Assembly (NCBI GenBank): GCA_964005815.1
Contig: CAXFSR010000003.1
Location: 1-59,213, forward strand
Length of the DNA: 59,213 nt
DNA from: an uncultured Nitrospinaceae bacterium
Lineage (GTDB): Bacteria > UBA8248
Direction of reading: 5' to 3'
In this document: piece after piece, positions 1-9,770 of the stretch
Layout: each line of letters begins with the position of its first letter
Position numbering within the stretch: position 1 is the first letter of the stretch
Translations under genes and position numbers: made by a program
The notes under the pieces: model-generated
Database searches by the model: none
Told to the model about the DNA's origin: nothing
What the model saw: only the letters and a program-made list of their open reading frames with translations

Positions 1-2
1 GA

Positions 3-308
3 GGTTCTACATCCAGAAGATGCTCCACCAACGATACAAGGTTGTGCATTAAGTTGCCTGGTTAATTCGAAAAGATCATCCGCCCATTCTGTATATTCAG
101 CATCTCCGCCGGTTATTCCTATATCAGTTTTCCCGCAATTTCTTCGATCAAATATGAGGACACGGTAACCTTTTACAGATAATTGAACTGCCATATCACG
201 AATTTCGCCCATAGGTGTTCTGCCTCCGGGTGATAAAGCAACCCAAAGACCTGTTTTTCCAATGATTTCGTAATGTTGATTTATTCCGCGAATTTTTGCT
301 ACAGGCAC
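3..308 (-). CDS. Alpha/beta hydrolase, 5' part (truncated by window edge)
   Basis: Not in the ORF track. GTG at 308 with an AAGGAG RBS upstream. Reads MPVAKIRGINQHYEIIG...YRVLIFDRRNCGKTD...GGASSGCR, an alpha/beta hydrolase N-terminal half with a GxSxG-like elbow. Confidence 0.8.
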   Translation of the reverse strand, partial: MPVAKIRGINQHYEIIGKTGLWVALSPGGRTPMGEIRDMAVQLSVKGYRVLIFDRRNCGKTDIGITGGDAEYTEWADDLFELTRQLNAQPCIVGGASSGCRT

Positions 309-333
309 AATTAACTCCTTTTATTAAAAATTT

Positions 334-813
334 TTACCCGGTAGATTCGAGCTTTTTTCCTTGAATTTGTATCGGTTGTGCAGGAAGGAGAATGAACGCC
401 ACTAGGCAAGGACTTGTACTATTATTCTTCCAATTGTGAATGGTCCCCCTCTGAACACATACATCACCTTCCTTAAGGTGCACTATAACTCCATCATCTA
501 ACTCCATATCTATCTCTCCCTTCATAATAATTACATAATCAATAGATTGGGTTCGATGCATTCTTGCTGTTACTCCAGGACCATACTCTGTGATTCTAAA
601 TTTTGAACTACAATCTCCTGGGGGACCAGGTTCTATTTTTTTTCCATCGAAGTTATTGTTTAGATTTGCAGGATAATCGTTAGTTGCCCATATACCATGA
701 CCTTGGTGATTTGGTCTCATGGAACGTGCCTCATTCATAATTTCGTCTATTAAAACGACGGCTTTTCCATTTTCGTCGTGTCCAGTTACAACTCTTCTGA
801 GAGATAAAGACAT
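334..813 (-). CDS. Cupin domain protein
   Basis: RRVVTGHD N-terminus; cupin motifs MHRTQSIDY...GEI and GDVCVQRGTIHNW. Confidence 0.85.
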   Translation of the reverse strand: MSLSLRRVVTGHDENGKAVVLIDEIMNEARSMRPNHQGHGIWATNDYPANLNNNFDGKKIEPGPPGDCSSKFRITEYGPGVTARMHRTQSIDYVIIMKGEIDMELDDGVIVHLKEGDVCVQRGTIHNWKNNSTSPCLVAFILLPAQPIQIQGKKLESTG

Positions 814-917
814 AAACTACTCCTATAAATTTTTATGATAATTATAAGGGGTAAATAAGAAACATGTAATACAAACTTTGTTTTATTTTAAATACCTAGA
901 AAATAGGTGGGGTTAGT

Positions 918-1865
918 TTAATCTGTCAGTCTTTTCATTTTTGGATCTAATGCGTCACGAAGCCAGTCTCCCAGAAGGTTTACACTTAAAACTGTAATCA
1001 TCAGGATAACACCGGGGAAAAAAGCTATCCACCAAGCTGTTTCAAGAAATTCTCTTCCATGAGCTAACATTCCACCCCAGGTTGGAGTCGGTGGTGGAAC
1101 TCCTACTCCTAGAAAAGAAAGAGCAGATTCTATGATAATCATTCTTCCAAGATATAAAGTACCTATAACGATTGCGGGAGACAAAACGTTAGGCAAGATG
1201 TGTCGAAACATAATTCTAGTTGTACCGGAACCAACAGCTCTCGCACCTAGAACAAATTCATTCTCTTTTACCGATAGCACAGTTCCTCGAATTACACGTG
1301 CATAGACGATCCAAGTTCTAACAGCAATAGCAAGAATTACATTTTGAAGACTAGGTCCTAGAATTGCAACCATGCTAAGTGCAAGGAGAATAAAGGGTAT
1401 AGATAGTGCAGAATCTATTATACGACTGATTATAGTGTCCACAATTCCACCGAAAAAACCAGCAATCATTCCAAGAGTAACACCAATACAACCACTTAAG
1501 AAGACAGCAGCAATTCCTACGATGAGGGAAACGCGTGAACCCCAAATTACTCTACTTAAAACGTCTCTTCCTTGTTGATCGGTTCCTAGCAGATAGAAAT
1601 TACCGTTTACGTCAGTGAATCCAGGTGGTTTTAAGTAGCAACATCTTAAATTTATTTCAAAAGGGTCATTCCCTGTAAAAATTGCTGTAAAGAAAGAAGG
1701 AAATAAAGCCCATGAACAAATAATAATAAGGAATATCAGGCTTATCATCGCAGGAGGACGATTTTTTAAGTCCTGCCAAGCTAGTTGCGCATTGGAGGGA
1801 CCACGTCTATCTTCAAACTCTTCAACTTTTTTAACATCGTTTGATGTATCTGATTCAGTAGCCAT
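918..1865 (-). CDS. Peptide/nickel-type ABC transporter permease (DppC/OppC family)
   Basis: LGTDQQGRDVLSRVIWGSRVSL, EAA-like loop (EFVLGARAVG), ESALSFLG, GDWLRDALDP. ATG 1865 preferred over 1889, which overlaps the upstream gene. Confidence 0.9.
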   Translation of the reverse strand: MATESDTSNDVKKVEEFEDRRGPSNAQLAWQDLKNRPPAMISLIFLIIICSWALFPSFFTAIFTGNDPFEINLRCCYLKPPGFTDVNGNFYLLGTDQQGRDVLSRVIWGSRVSLIVGIAAVFLSGCIGVTLGMIAGFFGGIVDTIISRIIDSALSIPFILLALSMVAILGPSLQNVILAIAVRTWIVYARVIRGTVLSVKENEFVLGARAVGSGTTRIMFRHILPNVLSPAIVIGTLYLGRMIIIESALSFLGVGVPPPTPTWGGMLAHGREFLETAWWIAFFPGVILMITVLSVNLLGDWLRDALDPKMKRLTD

Positions 1866-1875
1866 TTTCTCTTTC

Positions 1876-2823
1876 CTAACTATATGCAATTCTCGGATCT
1901 AGCCAAGCATAAATAAGATCAACCAATAAATTTATAAAAACAAAAATTGTTGCGAGGAGCGTTACAGCAGCCTGAACAATGGGATAATCTTGATTATTGA
2001 TTGCATCTATTACAAGAAATCCGACCCCTGGCCATGCAAAAATGACTTCTGTTACAACCGTACCACCAAGGAGAACCCCAAGTTCTAAACCGATTAAGGT
2101 AACTACCGGAATTGCAGCATTTTTTAGTGCATGACGCATGATCACTAACCATTCAACGATGCCTTTAGATCGAGCCGTGGTAATATATTCACTTCCTAAG
2201 ACCTCCAACATTCCTGCGCGAACAACTCTGGTAATCCGTGCCGTTTGGTATAATCCTGCCGTAAGAGCAGGAAGGACAATATATATTGGGCTTTCATATC
2301 CAGACGATGGAAATAAATCTAAATATACAGAGAAGAAAATAATAAGCATTAAACCTAGCCAGAAATTAGGCATAGATTGACCAAACATGGAGCCTATAGA
2401 ACTAACATAATCTATCCAAGTATTTCTAAAAGTTGCAGAAAGTACACCCGCAGGTATAGCGACCAAAATTGAAATTAAAACTGCAGTTAATGCTAGATCT
2501 ATAGTTGCAGGAAAGTGTTCAAAGACTAATTCATGTGCAGGTAGTTCGTGCCGATAGGAATAGCCAAAATCACCAAAAATAACACCTTTACTTTTTACTA
2601 CACCGTTATCAAATCCAAAAAGAAAACGGTAATACTGAATATGTAGAGGTTTGTCAAAACCGTGAGCTTTGTTAAATTCTTCGATATCTTCTAGAGATGA
2701 ATCTTCAGGCATTAAGACATCTCCGGGAGATCCGGACATATGAAGCATCATAAAAACAATTACAAGAACTATGTTGATGACAATCAGACTTTGCAGACAT
2801 CTTCTAATCACATATGCGCGCAT
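1876..2823 (-). CDS. Peptide/nickel-type ABC transporter permease (DppB/OppB family)
   Basis: GDFGYSY, YITTARSKG, HALKNA, TEVIFAWPGVG, DLIYAWLDPRI. Confidence 0.92.
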   Translation of the reverse strand: MRAYVIRRCLQSLIVINIVLVIVFMMLHMSGSPGDVLMPEDSSLEDIEEFNKAHGFDKPLHIQYYRFLFGFDNGVVKSKGVIFGDFGYSYRHELPAHELVFEHFPATIDLALTAVLISILVAIPAGVLSATFRNTWIDYVSSIGSMFGQSMPNFWLGLMLIIFFSVYLDLFPSSGYESPIYIVLPALTAGLYQTARITRVVRAGMLEVLGSEYITTARSKGIVEWLVIMRHALKNAAIPVVTLIGLELGVLLGGTVVTEVIFAWPGVGFLVIDAINNQDYPIVQAAVTLLATIFVFINLLVDLIYAWLDPRIAYS

Positions 2824-3067
2824 AAGAAATCTTGCTCCAACTCTAAATTTTTCGAACGTTAACTTGAAAAATCGGAGTAAAAAATATATTTTTGGGAAAT
2901 TCTATAAATATAAATAAATCCTATTTTATAAACTGTCAAATCATTTTGGTGTTATTAGGAAAAATCTTCTTGGTATTCAATTTATTACTTGATAGGTGTT
3001 TTGAGATATGTTTTTATCTATTTATTCATATATAGAAACAGGAAACTAAAACAAGGAGGAGTTTGTT

Positions 3068-4609
3068 ATGAGGAAGTTTGTAATTTTGCTGTTTGCAGTA
3101 ATGATAGGGTTTGCTGCTGTACCTAGTACTTATGCAGCCCCTCAAGGAACTATTGTTGCAGCACTTAAAGGGGTTTCACCAACAATGGATCCTCATCCAA
3201 AATCAAATTTTATTGGAGCAATGATTTGGAAGTGGTGTTATGACACTCTTATTGGGATGGAACCTGGAACAGGAAAAAGAATTCCTTGGCTTGCTACAAA
3301 GTGGAAAGTTCATAGCCCTAGAAAACTAGAGTTATGGTTGAGAAAAGGAGTTAAATTTACTGATGGTACATCATTTACTGCCAAAAATGTTGAATTTGCT
3401 TTTTCTCGTGTCATGGCAAAAGGTAGCCGTCAAAGAGTTTTCTTTAAGGCATTAGAGAGAGTTGAGATTGTTAATGATTATCGGGTTATTCTTCATTCAA
3501 AACCTGATAATGGAATGTTAAACCGACTCGCAAGATGGGGCCATGCAATGTCCCTAAAAGCGAAAGGTGTAGACAAAAAGATAATTTCTCGCAAGACTCT
3601 TTACGGTTCTGGTCCTTATATCCTAACAGAATGGGCTAAGGGACGAAAAATGGTGTTCAAAGCGAATCCTAACTGGTGGGGAAATTCAAATTTTCCAAAC
3701 CGTCCAAAAAAAGTGATTTTACGCGGCATTAAATCTTCAGTTACACGTGTTAAAGCACTTCAAAAGGGTGAAATAGATTTGGTTATGGGAATCCTACCAC
3801 AGTATATTCCGCAAATTGAAAAGGATCCAAAGCTAGCAGTTGCAGATATCCCTGCGGTAAGAATGATGTTTATTTCATTTGTAACAAGAAATGGCGGACC
3901 ATTTGCTGATAAAAATGTTCGTTTGGCTGCTAACTATGCTATAGATGCAGAACTACTTAGAAGCACTTTTCTAGCTGGGAAAGCAGTTATTTCCGGGTCA
4001 CTTTTCCATCCATGGAACTATGCTGGTTACGATCCAAATGACAAATGGCATGGTTATGATGTAAAGAAAGCTAAGGCTTACATGGCTAAAAGTAAATATC
4101 CAAATGGTTTTAAAGCAACTGTATATGCAACGATTGGAAGATATCCAGGTGATGTGAAAACATGTGAGGCTTTAGGAGGTTTCTTGAAGGACATTAATAT
4201 TAAGGCGACGTGTAGAACTATGCCTTATTCTGCTTGGAAAAAGAAAAGGAAATCTTACCAAAAAGGGAAAGGCAAAGGAGAAGCAGCTCTATTTGTTCAG
4301 GGGTATGGAAACTCTGGTGGAGATCCAGGAAATATTGCGCCTGCAACTGGTGGATGTAAAGGTCACTCCAGTGTGCATTGCTTTAAAGACTTGGACGCAC
4401 AAATAGATAAAGCGAAATTTACTGCGGATCCAAAGCAACAACATATTGAGTTTAAAAAAGTAACAGCTATGATGAAAGAAAAGGCTATATTTAAAATCTT
4501 ATACAAAACTAATGATATCTATGCATACAAAAAAGGATTTGGTTTTAAGCCAAGGCATGATGAATCATTTTATGTGTGGGAAATTGATATGTCGAAAGTA
4601 AAGAAATAG
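3068..4609 (+). CDS. ABC transporter substrate-binding protein, family 5
   Basis: Signal peptide; LRKGVKFTDGT, GSGPY, VRLAANYAID motifs; AGGAGGA RBS; divergent from the permeases. Confidence 0.9.
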   Translation: MRKFVILLFAVMIGFAAVPSTYAAPQGTIVAALKGVSPTMDPHPKSNFIGAMIWKWCYDTLIGMEPGTGKRIPWLATKWKVHSPRKLELWLRKGVKFTDGTSFTAKNVEFAFSRVMAKGSRQRVFFKALERVEIVNDYRVILHSKPDNGMLNRLARWGHAMSLKAKGVDKKIISRKTLYGSGPYILTEWAKGRKMVFKANPNWWGNSNFPNRPKKVILRGIKSSVTRVKALQKGEIDLVMGILPQYIPQIEKDPKLAVADIPAVRMMFISFVTRNGGPFADKNVRLAANYAIDAELLRSTFLAGKAVISGSLFHPWNYAGYDPNDKWHGYDVKKAKAYMAKSKYPNGFKATVYATIGRYPGDVKTCEALGGFLKDINIKATCRTMPYSAWKKKRKSYQKGKGKGEAALFVQGYGNSGGDPGNIAPATGGCKGHSSVHCFKDLDAQIDKAKFTADPKQQHIEFKKVTAMMKEKAIFKILYKTNDIYAYKKGFGFKPRHDESFYVWEIDMSKVKK

Positions 4610-4626
4610 TAATAATTTAGATTTAC

Positions 4627-4663
4627 GGGGGAGGGAAATCTATAGGTTTTCCTCCCTTTTTTT
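4627..4663 (+). terminator. Rho-independent terminator / stabilising hairpin after the SBP gene
   Basis: GGGGGAGGGAAA...TTTTCCTCCC stem followed by a T7 tract. Confidence 0.75.
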
Positions 4664-4681
4664 GTATTTATTGAGGTCTTA

Positions 4682-5656
4682 GTGAAAGCAATATTTGTAC
4701 ATAAGTTTGGTCTAGAAAATCCTATGATATTGGAAGAGATAGATATTCCAAAACCAAAATCCGGACAATTGCTCGTTAAGTTGGGAGCGTCGGGTGTAAA
4801 TCCCAGTGATGTAGCTACTCGTTCAGGACAAAGTCATCACTCTTCCCATATGAAAACTCCTTATATCCCTGGACTGGAAGCAGCAGGAGAAATAATTGAA
4901 CTAGGTGATGAAGTTAAGGAATTTCATGTTGGACAACGTGTTTTTGGTAGATGTTTGGGTGGGAGTTATTCAGAGTTTGTTTGCCTTGATGCAAGTGTTG
5001 CATCTGTGTTGCCAGATTCTTATAGTTTTGAGGAGGGTGCTGGAATAACGCTTCCTTTAAGAACTGCATGGAATGCTCTCGTGATAAAAGCAAAAGTGAC
5101 TCCGGGTGAAACTGTACTAGTTCAAGGGGGAGCTGGTGGTGTTGGTATGGCTACTATTCAACTTGCTCGTGCAATGGGTTGCAGAGTTTTTGCTACTGTC
5201 AGTTCCTCAAAGAAGGCATCTTTTTGTACAAAATTAGGTGCAACCGAGACGATCAACTATAAAGAAGAGGATTTCATAGAAAAATGTCTAGAATTGACTA
5301 AAGGACTAGGTGTCGATGTTATAGTCGAAACTGCAGCTAATGAAAATTTTCACCTAGATTTAAAAGCAATTAAAGTTAATGGAAGAATTGTTCTTATGGG
5401 TGCTGGTCTAGGAAAAAATCCAAGAGCAGATTTTTTAGTTTCAGATATGATGGAAAAAGATGCAAGAATTTTCGGTATTACAGGAGTGAATTTAGCAAAA
5501 AAAATGCCTTTTATTGTGCCAAAATTTTCATCTCTTTTAGAAAAAGGTACGATAAAATTTCATGTTGATAAAGTTTTTTCTTTAGAACATGCAAACGATG
5601 CACATAAATTAATGTTAAATGGAAATTTTTTAGGCAAACTAGTTTTGGCCTCTTGA
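4682..5656 (+). CDS. NADPH:quinone oxidoreductase (MDR/zeta-crystallin family)
   Basis: GVNPSD, PGLEAAG, VLVQGGAGGVG, GKLVL. Confidence 0.88.
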   Translation: MKAIFVHKFGLENPMILEEIDIPKPKSGQLLVKLGASGVNPSDVATRSGQSHHSSHMKTPYIPGLEAAGEIIELGDEVKEFHVGQRVFGRCLGGSYSEFVCLDASVASVLPDSYSFEEGAGITLPLRTAWNALVIKAKVTPGETVLVQGGAGGVGMATIQLARAMGCRVFATVSSSKKASFCTKLGATETINYKEEDFIEKCLELTKGLGVDVIVETAANENFHLDLKAIKVNGRIVLMGAGLGKNPRADFLVSDMMEKDARIFGITGVNLAKKMPFIVPKFSSLLEKGTIKFHVDKVFSLEHANDAHKLMLNGNFLGKLVLAS

Positions 5657-5781
5657 ACTTTTAGGGAGACTTCAAAACAATTTTTCAAACAAAAAAAGTT
5701 AAATTTGCTATTTTTTTACTTGCAGTTAATAGATTAAATAATGTACTTTCAGACTAGAAGTGAACGTTTGTTTTTTGTTTT

Positions 5782-6579
5782 ATGCTTTTTAAGGAAGTTC
5801 TGTTGAATAAAAATAAGATCTTTATTTTAAAAACCCCAAAAAATAAGCCTTTTGGTATTTGCAATATTTTTTTGTCAATTTTTTTTATTGTAATCATAAG
5901 TTTTGCAAATTATGGATGTGCTTCCAAAATGGCTTCTAATGATGCGGTAAGTACTTCAACTGAAATGTATGATCCAATTGAACCATTAAACCGTTTTGTT
6001 TTTGAATTCAATAATGTTGTAGAAGTGGTTGTACTTAATCCAGTAAGTAGTATTTACTCTGCAGTTTTTCCTGATATCGTTAAAGACTCGGTTCGCAATT
6101 TTCTTCGAAATTTGGAAACTCCTGTTACATTAGCTAACGATATTTTACAGGGAGAACATCTCAGGGCGAGAGATACTTCGATGCGTTTTTTAATTAACTC
6201 AACTGCAGGTGTACTTGGACTATTTGATATTGCGTCTCGTTTAGATTTTAAATATCACAATGAAGATTTCGGTCAGACTTTGGCTATACATGGTGTTGGC
6301 CAAGGCCCTTATATAGTACTTCCTTTTCTTGGACCCTCTTCTGTTAGGCATACGGTTGGGAGAGTTACTGATATTTTCCTAAGTCCAATGACTTATATTA
6401 GCGATGTAGAAAATATTAATTACACTCTAAAAGGGGTAAGAATAATAGATGGACATTCTCGAATTAAGGATACGTTGTCAGATTTAAAAAGGGATTCTTT
6501 GGACTATTACTCTTTAATAAGAAGTGTCTATTCACAAAGACGTAAAAGTGTAATTCTAAACGAAAAAAAATCTAAATAG
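5782..6579 (+). CDS. mlaA: MlaA/VacJ family lipoprotein
   Basis: DPIEPLNRFVFEFN, RFLINST.GVLGLFD, EDFGQTL, GPYIVLPFLGPSSVR; lipobox-like YGC. Start uncertain. Confidence 0.9.
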   Translation: MLFKEVLLNKNKIFILKTPKNKPFGICNIFLSIFFIVIISFANYGCASKMASNDAVSTSTEMYDPIEPLNRFVFEFNNVVEVVVLNPVSSIYSAVFPDIVKDSVRNFLRNLETPVTLANDILQGEHLRARDTSMRFLINSTAGVLGLFDIASRLDFKYHNEDFGQTLAIHGVGQGPYIVLPFLGPSSVRHTVGRVTDIFLSPMTYISDVENINYTLKGVRIIDGHSRIKDTLSDLKRDSLDYYSLIRSVYSQRRKSVILNEKKSK

Positions 6580-6637
6580 ATTTTCATATCAAAAATTTTT
6601 TTTGTATTTGCCGATGAGTTGAGGTGTTCTTCTCCTT

Positions 6638-7600
6638 ATGGTTTCTAGTGACAAAAAACTTTTAATGAAAAAAAAACTTAAAGTTATTTTAGCTAATCCG
6701 CGAGGTTTTTGTGCTGGCGTAGTTCGAGCGATAGATATTGTAAATCGTTCGTTAGAAAAATATGGTCCTCCTATTTATGTTCGTCACGAGATAGTCCACA
6801 ACAAATATGTAGTTGAATCACTGAAAAAAAAGGGCGCGATTTTTGTAAATGAAATAGATGAAGTTCCTGAGGGAGCTATTACTATTTTTAGTGCTCATGG
6901 TGTTGCAAAAAAAGTTTTTGGACAAGCGGAATTGCTTGGTTTGGATGTAGTGGATGCGACTTGTCCATTGGTAGAGAAGGTTCATGAAGAAGGAAGAAAA
7001 TATCATGAAAATGGTATGGAGGTTATTTTAATTGGCCATAAAAACCATCCTGAAGTTGTTGGAACGATGGGACAGGTGCCAGGCGATGTGAAATTAATTT
7101 CAACTTTGGAAGATGCCTTAAATTTTAAACCGAAAGACACAAAAAAAATCTCATATATCACTCAAACTACACTAAGTATTGATGACACTAGTGAAATAGT
7201 GAAGGTCTTAAAAAATCGTTTCCCAAATATAAAAGGTCCAAATTTAAAAGATATTTGTTATGCGACGCAGAATAGACAATCTGCAATACGAGAAATAGCA
7301 AAAGAGGTTGATTTGATTTTAGTGGTGGGTTCAAAAAATAGTTCAAACTCAAATAGACTTTGTGAAATTGGCGAAGCAGGAGATACTCCCAGTTTTCTTG
7401 TAGAAGACAAAAATTCTATCAAATTAGCATGGTTTGAAAGTGTGAAATGTGTCGGTATAAGTGCTGGAGCATCTGCTCCTGAAGTTTTAGTTGATGCATT
7501 AATAGAAAGGCTGAAAGTTGAATTTGATTTATCTCTTGAAGTTTTAGACGGTCAAAAAGAGAAGGTCTTTTTCCCTCTACCAGAACGTTTAGGCCGGTAA
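6638..7600 (+). CDS. ispH: 4-hydroxy-3-methylbut-2-enyl diphosphate reductase
   Basis: PRGFCAGV, EIVHN, SAHG, DATCPLV, QTTLS, ICYATQNRQ, SSNSNRL, AGASAP. True start may be ATG 6665. Confidence 0.97.
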   Translation: MVSSDKKLLMKKKLKVILANPRGFCAGVVRAIDIVNRSLEKYGPPIYVRHEIVHNKYVVESLKKKGAIFVNEIDEVPEGAITIFSAHGVAKKVFGQAELLGLDVVDATCPLVEKVHEEGRKYHENGMEVILIGHKNHPEVVGTMGQVPGDVKLISTLEDALNFKPKDTKKISYITQTTLSIDDTSEIVKVLKNRFPNIKGPNLKDICYATQNRQSAIREIAKEVDLILVVGSKNSSNSNRLCEIGEAGDTPSFLVEDKNSIKLAWFESVKCVGISAGASAPEVLVDALIERLKVEFDLSLEVLDGQKEKVFFPLPERLGR

Positions 7601-7609
7601 ATCCTAGAT

Positions 7610-8233
7610 TTATTCTCTATCGTCTCTTAAAGCTTTCCAACTAACCGGAAACATTTTAGCGCTTTGTTCGTCGATTTTGTCAGCGATTATTTGGGTTTCC
7701 TTTTGTGCGTCTGGTTTACAGCGTAAGTTGCATACTCTTGCAAAAGCATAGAGAGTTCCACTCCAATACCATTCAGTCATCATCGATTGAGGAAGAATCA
7801 TACGGGCCATTTCGGGCGCGATGTCTTTTTCTAACATTTCTTGATAGATTTTTTTACAAGTCTCCGTTACTGAGGTGACGTCAAACTCTATTTCTTCCTC
7901 TGAAGAACCTTGTTTTTTGTTTTCTGCGGAAAGTCTCCATTTTTTAGGATTATAAAATTCTGGTTCATCGTCAACATAACGTCTTGAAACTTCGTTCCAT
8001 ATCAGACCAACTTGATGTTTCACTAGTTGTCTTGCAACAAAAATAGGAGCTTTGATATGAAATTGCATCGAAGCATGACCAAATGGACTCCAATGATTAT
8101 GTTTTGCTAAATAATTAATAAGTCTTGAATCTGCTTTTTCTTGAAATTCTTCGTGTGATTTTGCAAAGGAAACACGAGCAGCATTTACTACACTTAGATC
8201 GCTACCCATATGATCAACAAGCGTAACATCCAT
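7610..8233 (-). CDS. thyX: FAD-dependent thymidylate synthase
   Basis: VNAARVS, HWSPF, APIFVARQLVKH...WNEVSRRY, APEMARMILPQ, LRCKPDAQKE. Confidence 0.93.
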   Translation of the reverse strand: MDVTLVDHMGSDLSVVNAARVSFAKSHEEFQEKADSRLINYLAKHNHWSPFGHASMQFHIKAPIFVARQLVKHQVGLIWNEVSRRYVDDEPEFYNPKKWRLSAENKKQGSSEEEIEFDVTSVTETCKKIYQEMLEKDIAPEMARMILPQSMMTEWYWSGTLYAFARVCNLRCKPDAQKETQIIADKIDEQSAKMFPVSWKALRDDRE

Positions 8234-8572
8234 AATTTCTCCACATAAATTTTATGGTTTCGATAGTTCTAGATAGTTTAAAAAATGGGCATGAGTTTAA
8301 AAAGATTTATCTTAAATTTGAGTTGCTATGAAAGATAAACTTAGGGGCGGCGAGAAAAATTGAAAAACTATAAACAATATGAAAACATTATCTACTTTAT
8401 TAATGAATTCTACAAGAGAAATCTTTTTTGTTTTACTTTCTGTAAGTTGAAAGTTTCAAATTTTATAATTTGTATATAAACTCTTATTGTGTAGGATCAG
8501 TCTTACGTACAAATGAATCTTTTTCATCGTTTATTTTTGGGTTAATTAAGAATTTTTATAAAAGGATAGTTT

Positions 8573-9703
8573 TTGAAATTATTATTTTTTTGTTTAAATC
8601 TCTTTGTTTTTATCTTTTCCTCTTCTGTGTTTTTTGAAATAGAAGCAAAAAAAAGAAGAGGAAGGAAGCGTCCTCCACCATTAGTTTCGGTTTCTAAAGT
8701 GGTAAAACGACAGGTTAGTAATCGTCTTAACTCAATAGGAACTGCAAATCCCTACCGCAAATCTATAGTAAGTTCGCAAATAGAAGGTCGAGTTAGGACT
8801 TTTCCAGTTTTTCAAGGGACCTATGTTGAAGCAGGAAAATCAATAATCGCAACACTCGAAAAAAATAGTCTTGAGATAGATTTACGTGTTAAAAAAGCAG
8901 AATTAGAAAAGGCTAAACAAGATTTATTAAGTAACAAACGTGATTTAAGCAGAGCAAAGGATCTATTAAGTCGTTTGATCATAGATAGAGTTAATTTTGA
9001 TAGAATCGATACTAAATACCAAAAGTCTATATTTGAAGTAAATAGAGTTAAGGCTCTAATTGATCGTATTTCTGATCAACTTTTGAAAGCCACGATTCGT
9101 TCTCCATTAACTGGTTTTGTTACCTATAAATGGTCAGAGGTGGGAGAATGGGTTCAAAAAGGTGGAAAACTAGTGGAAGTTGTGGAGGTGTCTAAAATAA
9201 TTGTTCGTTCACCAGTTTCTGAGAAACAAATTCATACAATTAAAAAAAATGACAAAGTTCGAGTGTCATTTGATGCACTAAATGGCAAAACTTTTTACGG
9301 AAAAGTTCGAAGTATCATACCTCTTGCTGATCTCAAGAGTCGTACTTTCCCAGTAGAATTTATTTTAAAAAACACAAAAGATTTTGCTATTAAGGCTGGT
9401 ATGTTTTCCAGAGTTACTATCGAATACGGATCTAAGAAAGAGGCGATTCTTATTCCAAAAGATGCGGCTCTAATTAAAAGACGCGGCATGTCTGTTTTTG
9501 TTTTAGAAGATAATCAGAAAGTCAGAGAAATTTTATTTAATCCTATTAGGAGTGTAGATTCTTTTATAGAGGTACCAAAAGAAATTTTAAAACCAGGTCA
9601 GAAAGTCGTAACACAAGGGAATGAAAATCTCAGGAATGGGATTTCGGTAAGAATAAGAGGAAAGAGGAGTGGTTGGAAGAAAAAACGTTTTAATCGTCGT
9701 TAG
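8573..9703 (+). CDS. RND efflux periplasmic adaptor (membrane fusion protein)
   Basis: N-terminal hydrophobic segment, coiled hairpin, IRSPLTG, SRTFPV, KAGMF; immediately upstream of the RND permease. Confidence 0.9.
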   Translation: MKLLFFCLNLFVFIFSSSVFFEIEAKKRRGRKRPPPLVSVSKVVKRQVSNRLNSIGTANPYRKSIVSSQIEGRVRTFPVFQGTYVEAGKSIIATLEKNSLEIDLRVKKAELEKAKQDLLSNKRDLSRAKDLLSRLIIDRVNFDRIDTKYQKSIFEVNRVKALIDRISDQLLKATIRSPLTGFVTYKWSEVGEWVQKGGKLVEVVEVSKIIVRSPVSEKQIHTIKKNDKVRVSFDALNGKTFYGKVRSIIPLADLKSRTFPVEFILKNTKDFAIKAGMFSRVTIEYGSKKEAILIPKDAALIKRRGMSVFVLEDNQKVREILFNPIRSVDSFIEVPKEILKPGQKVVTQGNENLRNGISVRIRGKRSGWKKKRFNRR

Positions 9704-9770
9704 AAAAAAAGATTGTGGTAAATCTAGTTCGTTTTCTTTTCCATATGTTTGGTTTTTTTAGGAGTGAATT

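Noticed and set aside
5782..7600. mlaA-ispH as part of a hopanoid biosynthesis cluster
   Set aside because: No shc/hpn genes in the window, and the nearby RND protein is AcrB-like, not HpnN/MMPL-like.
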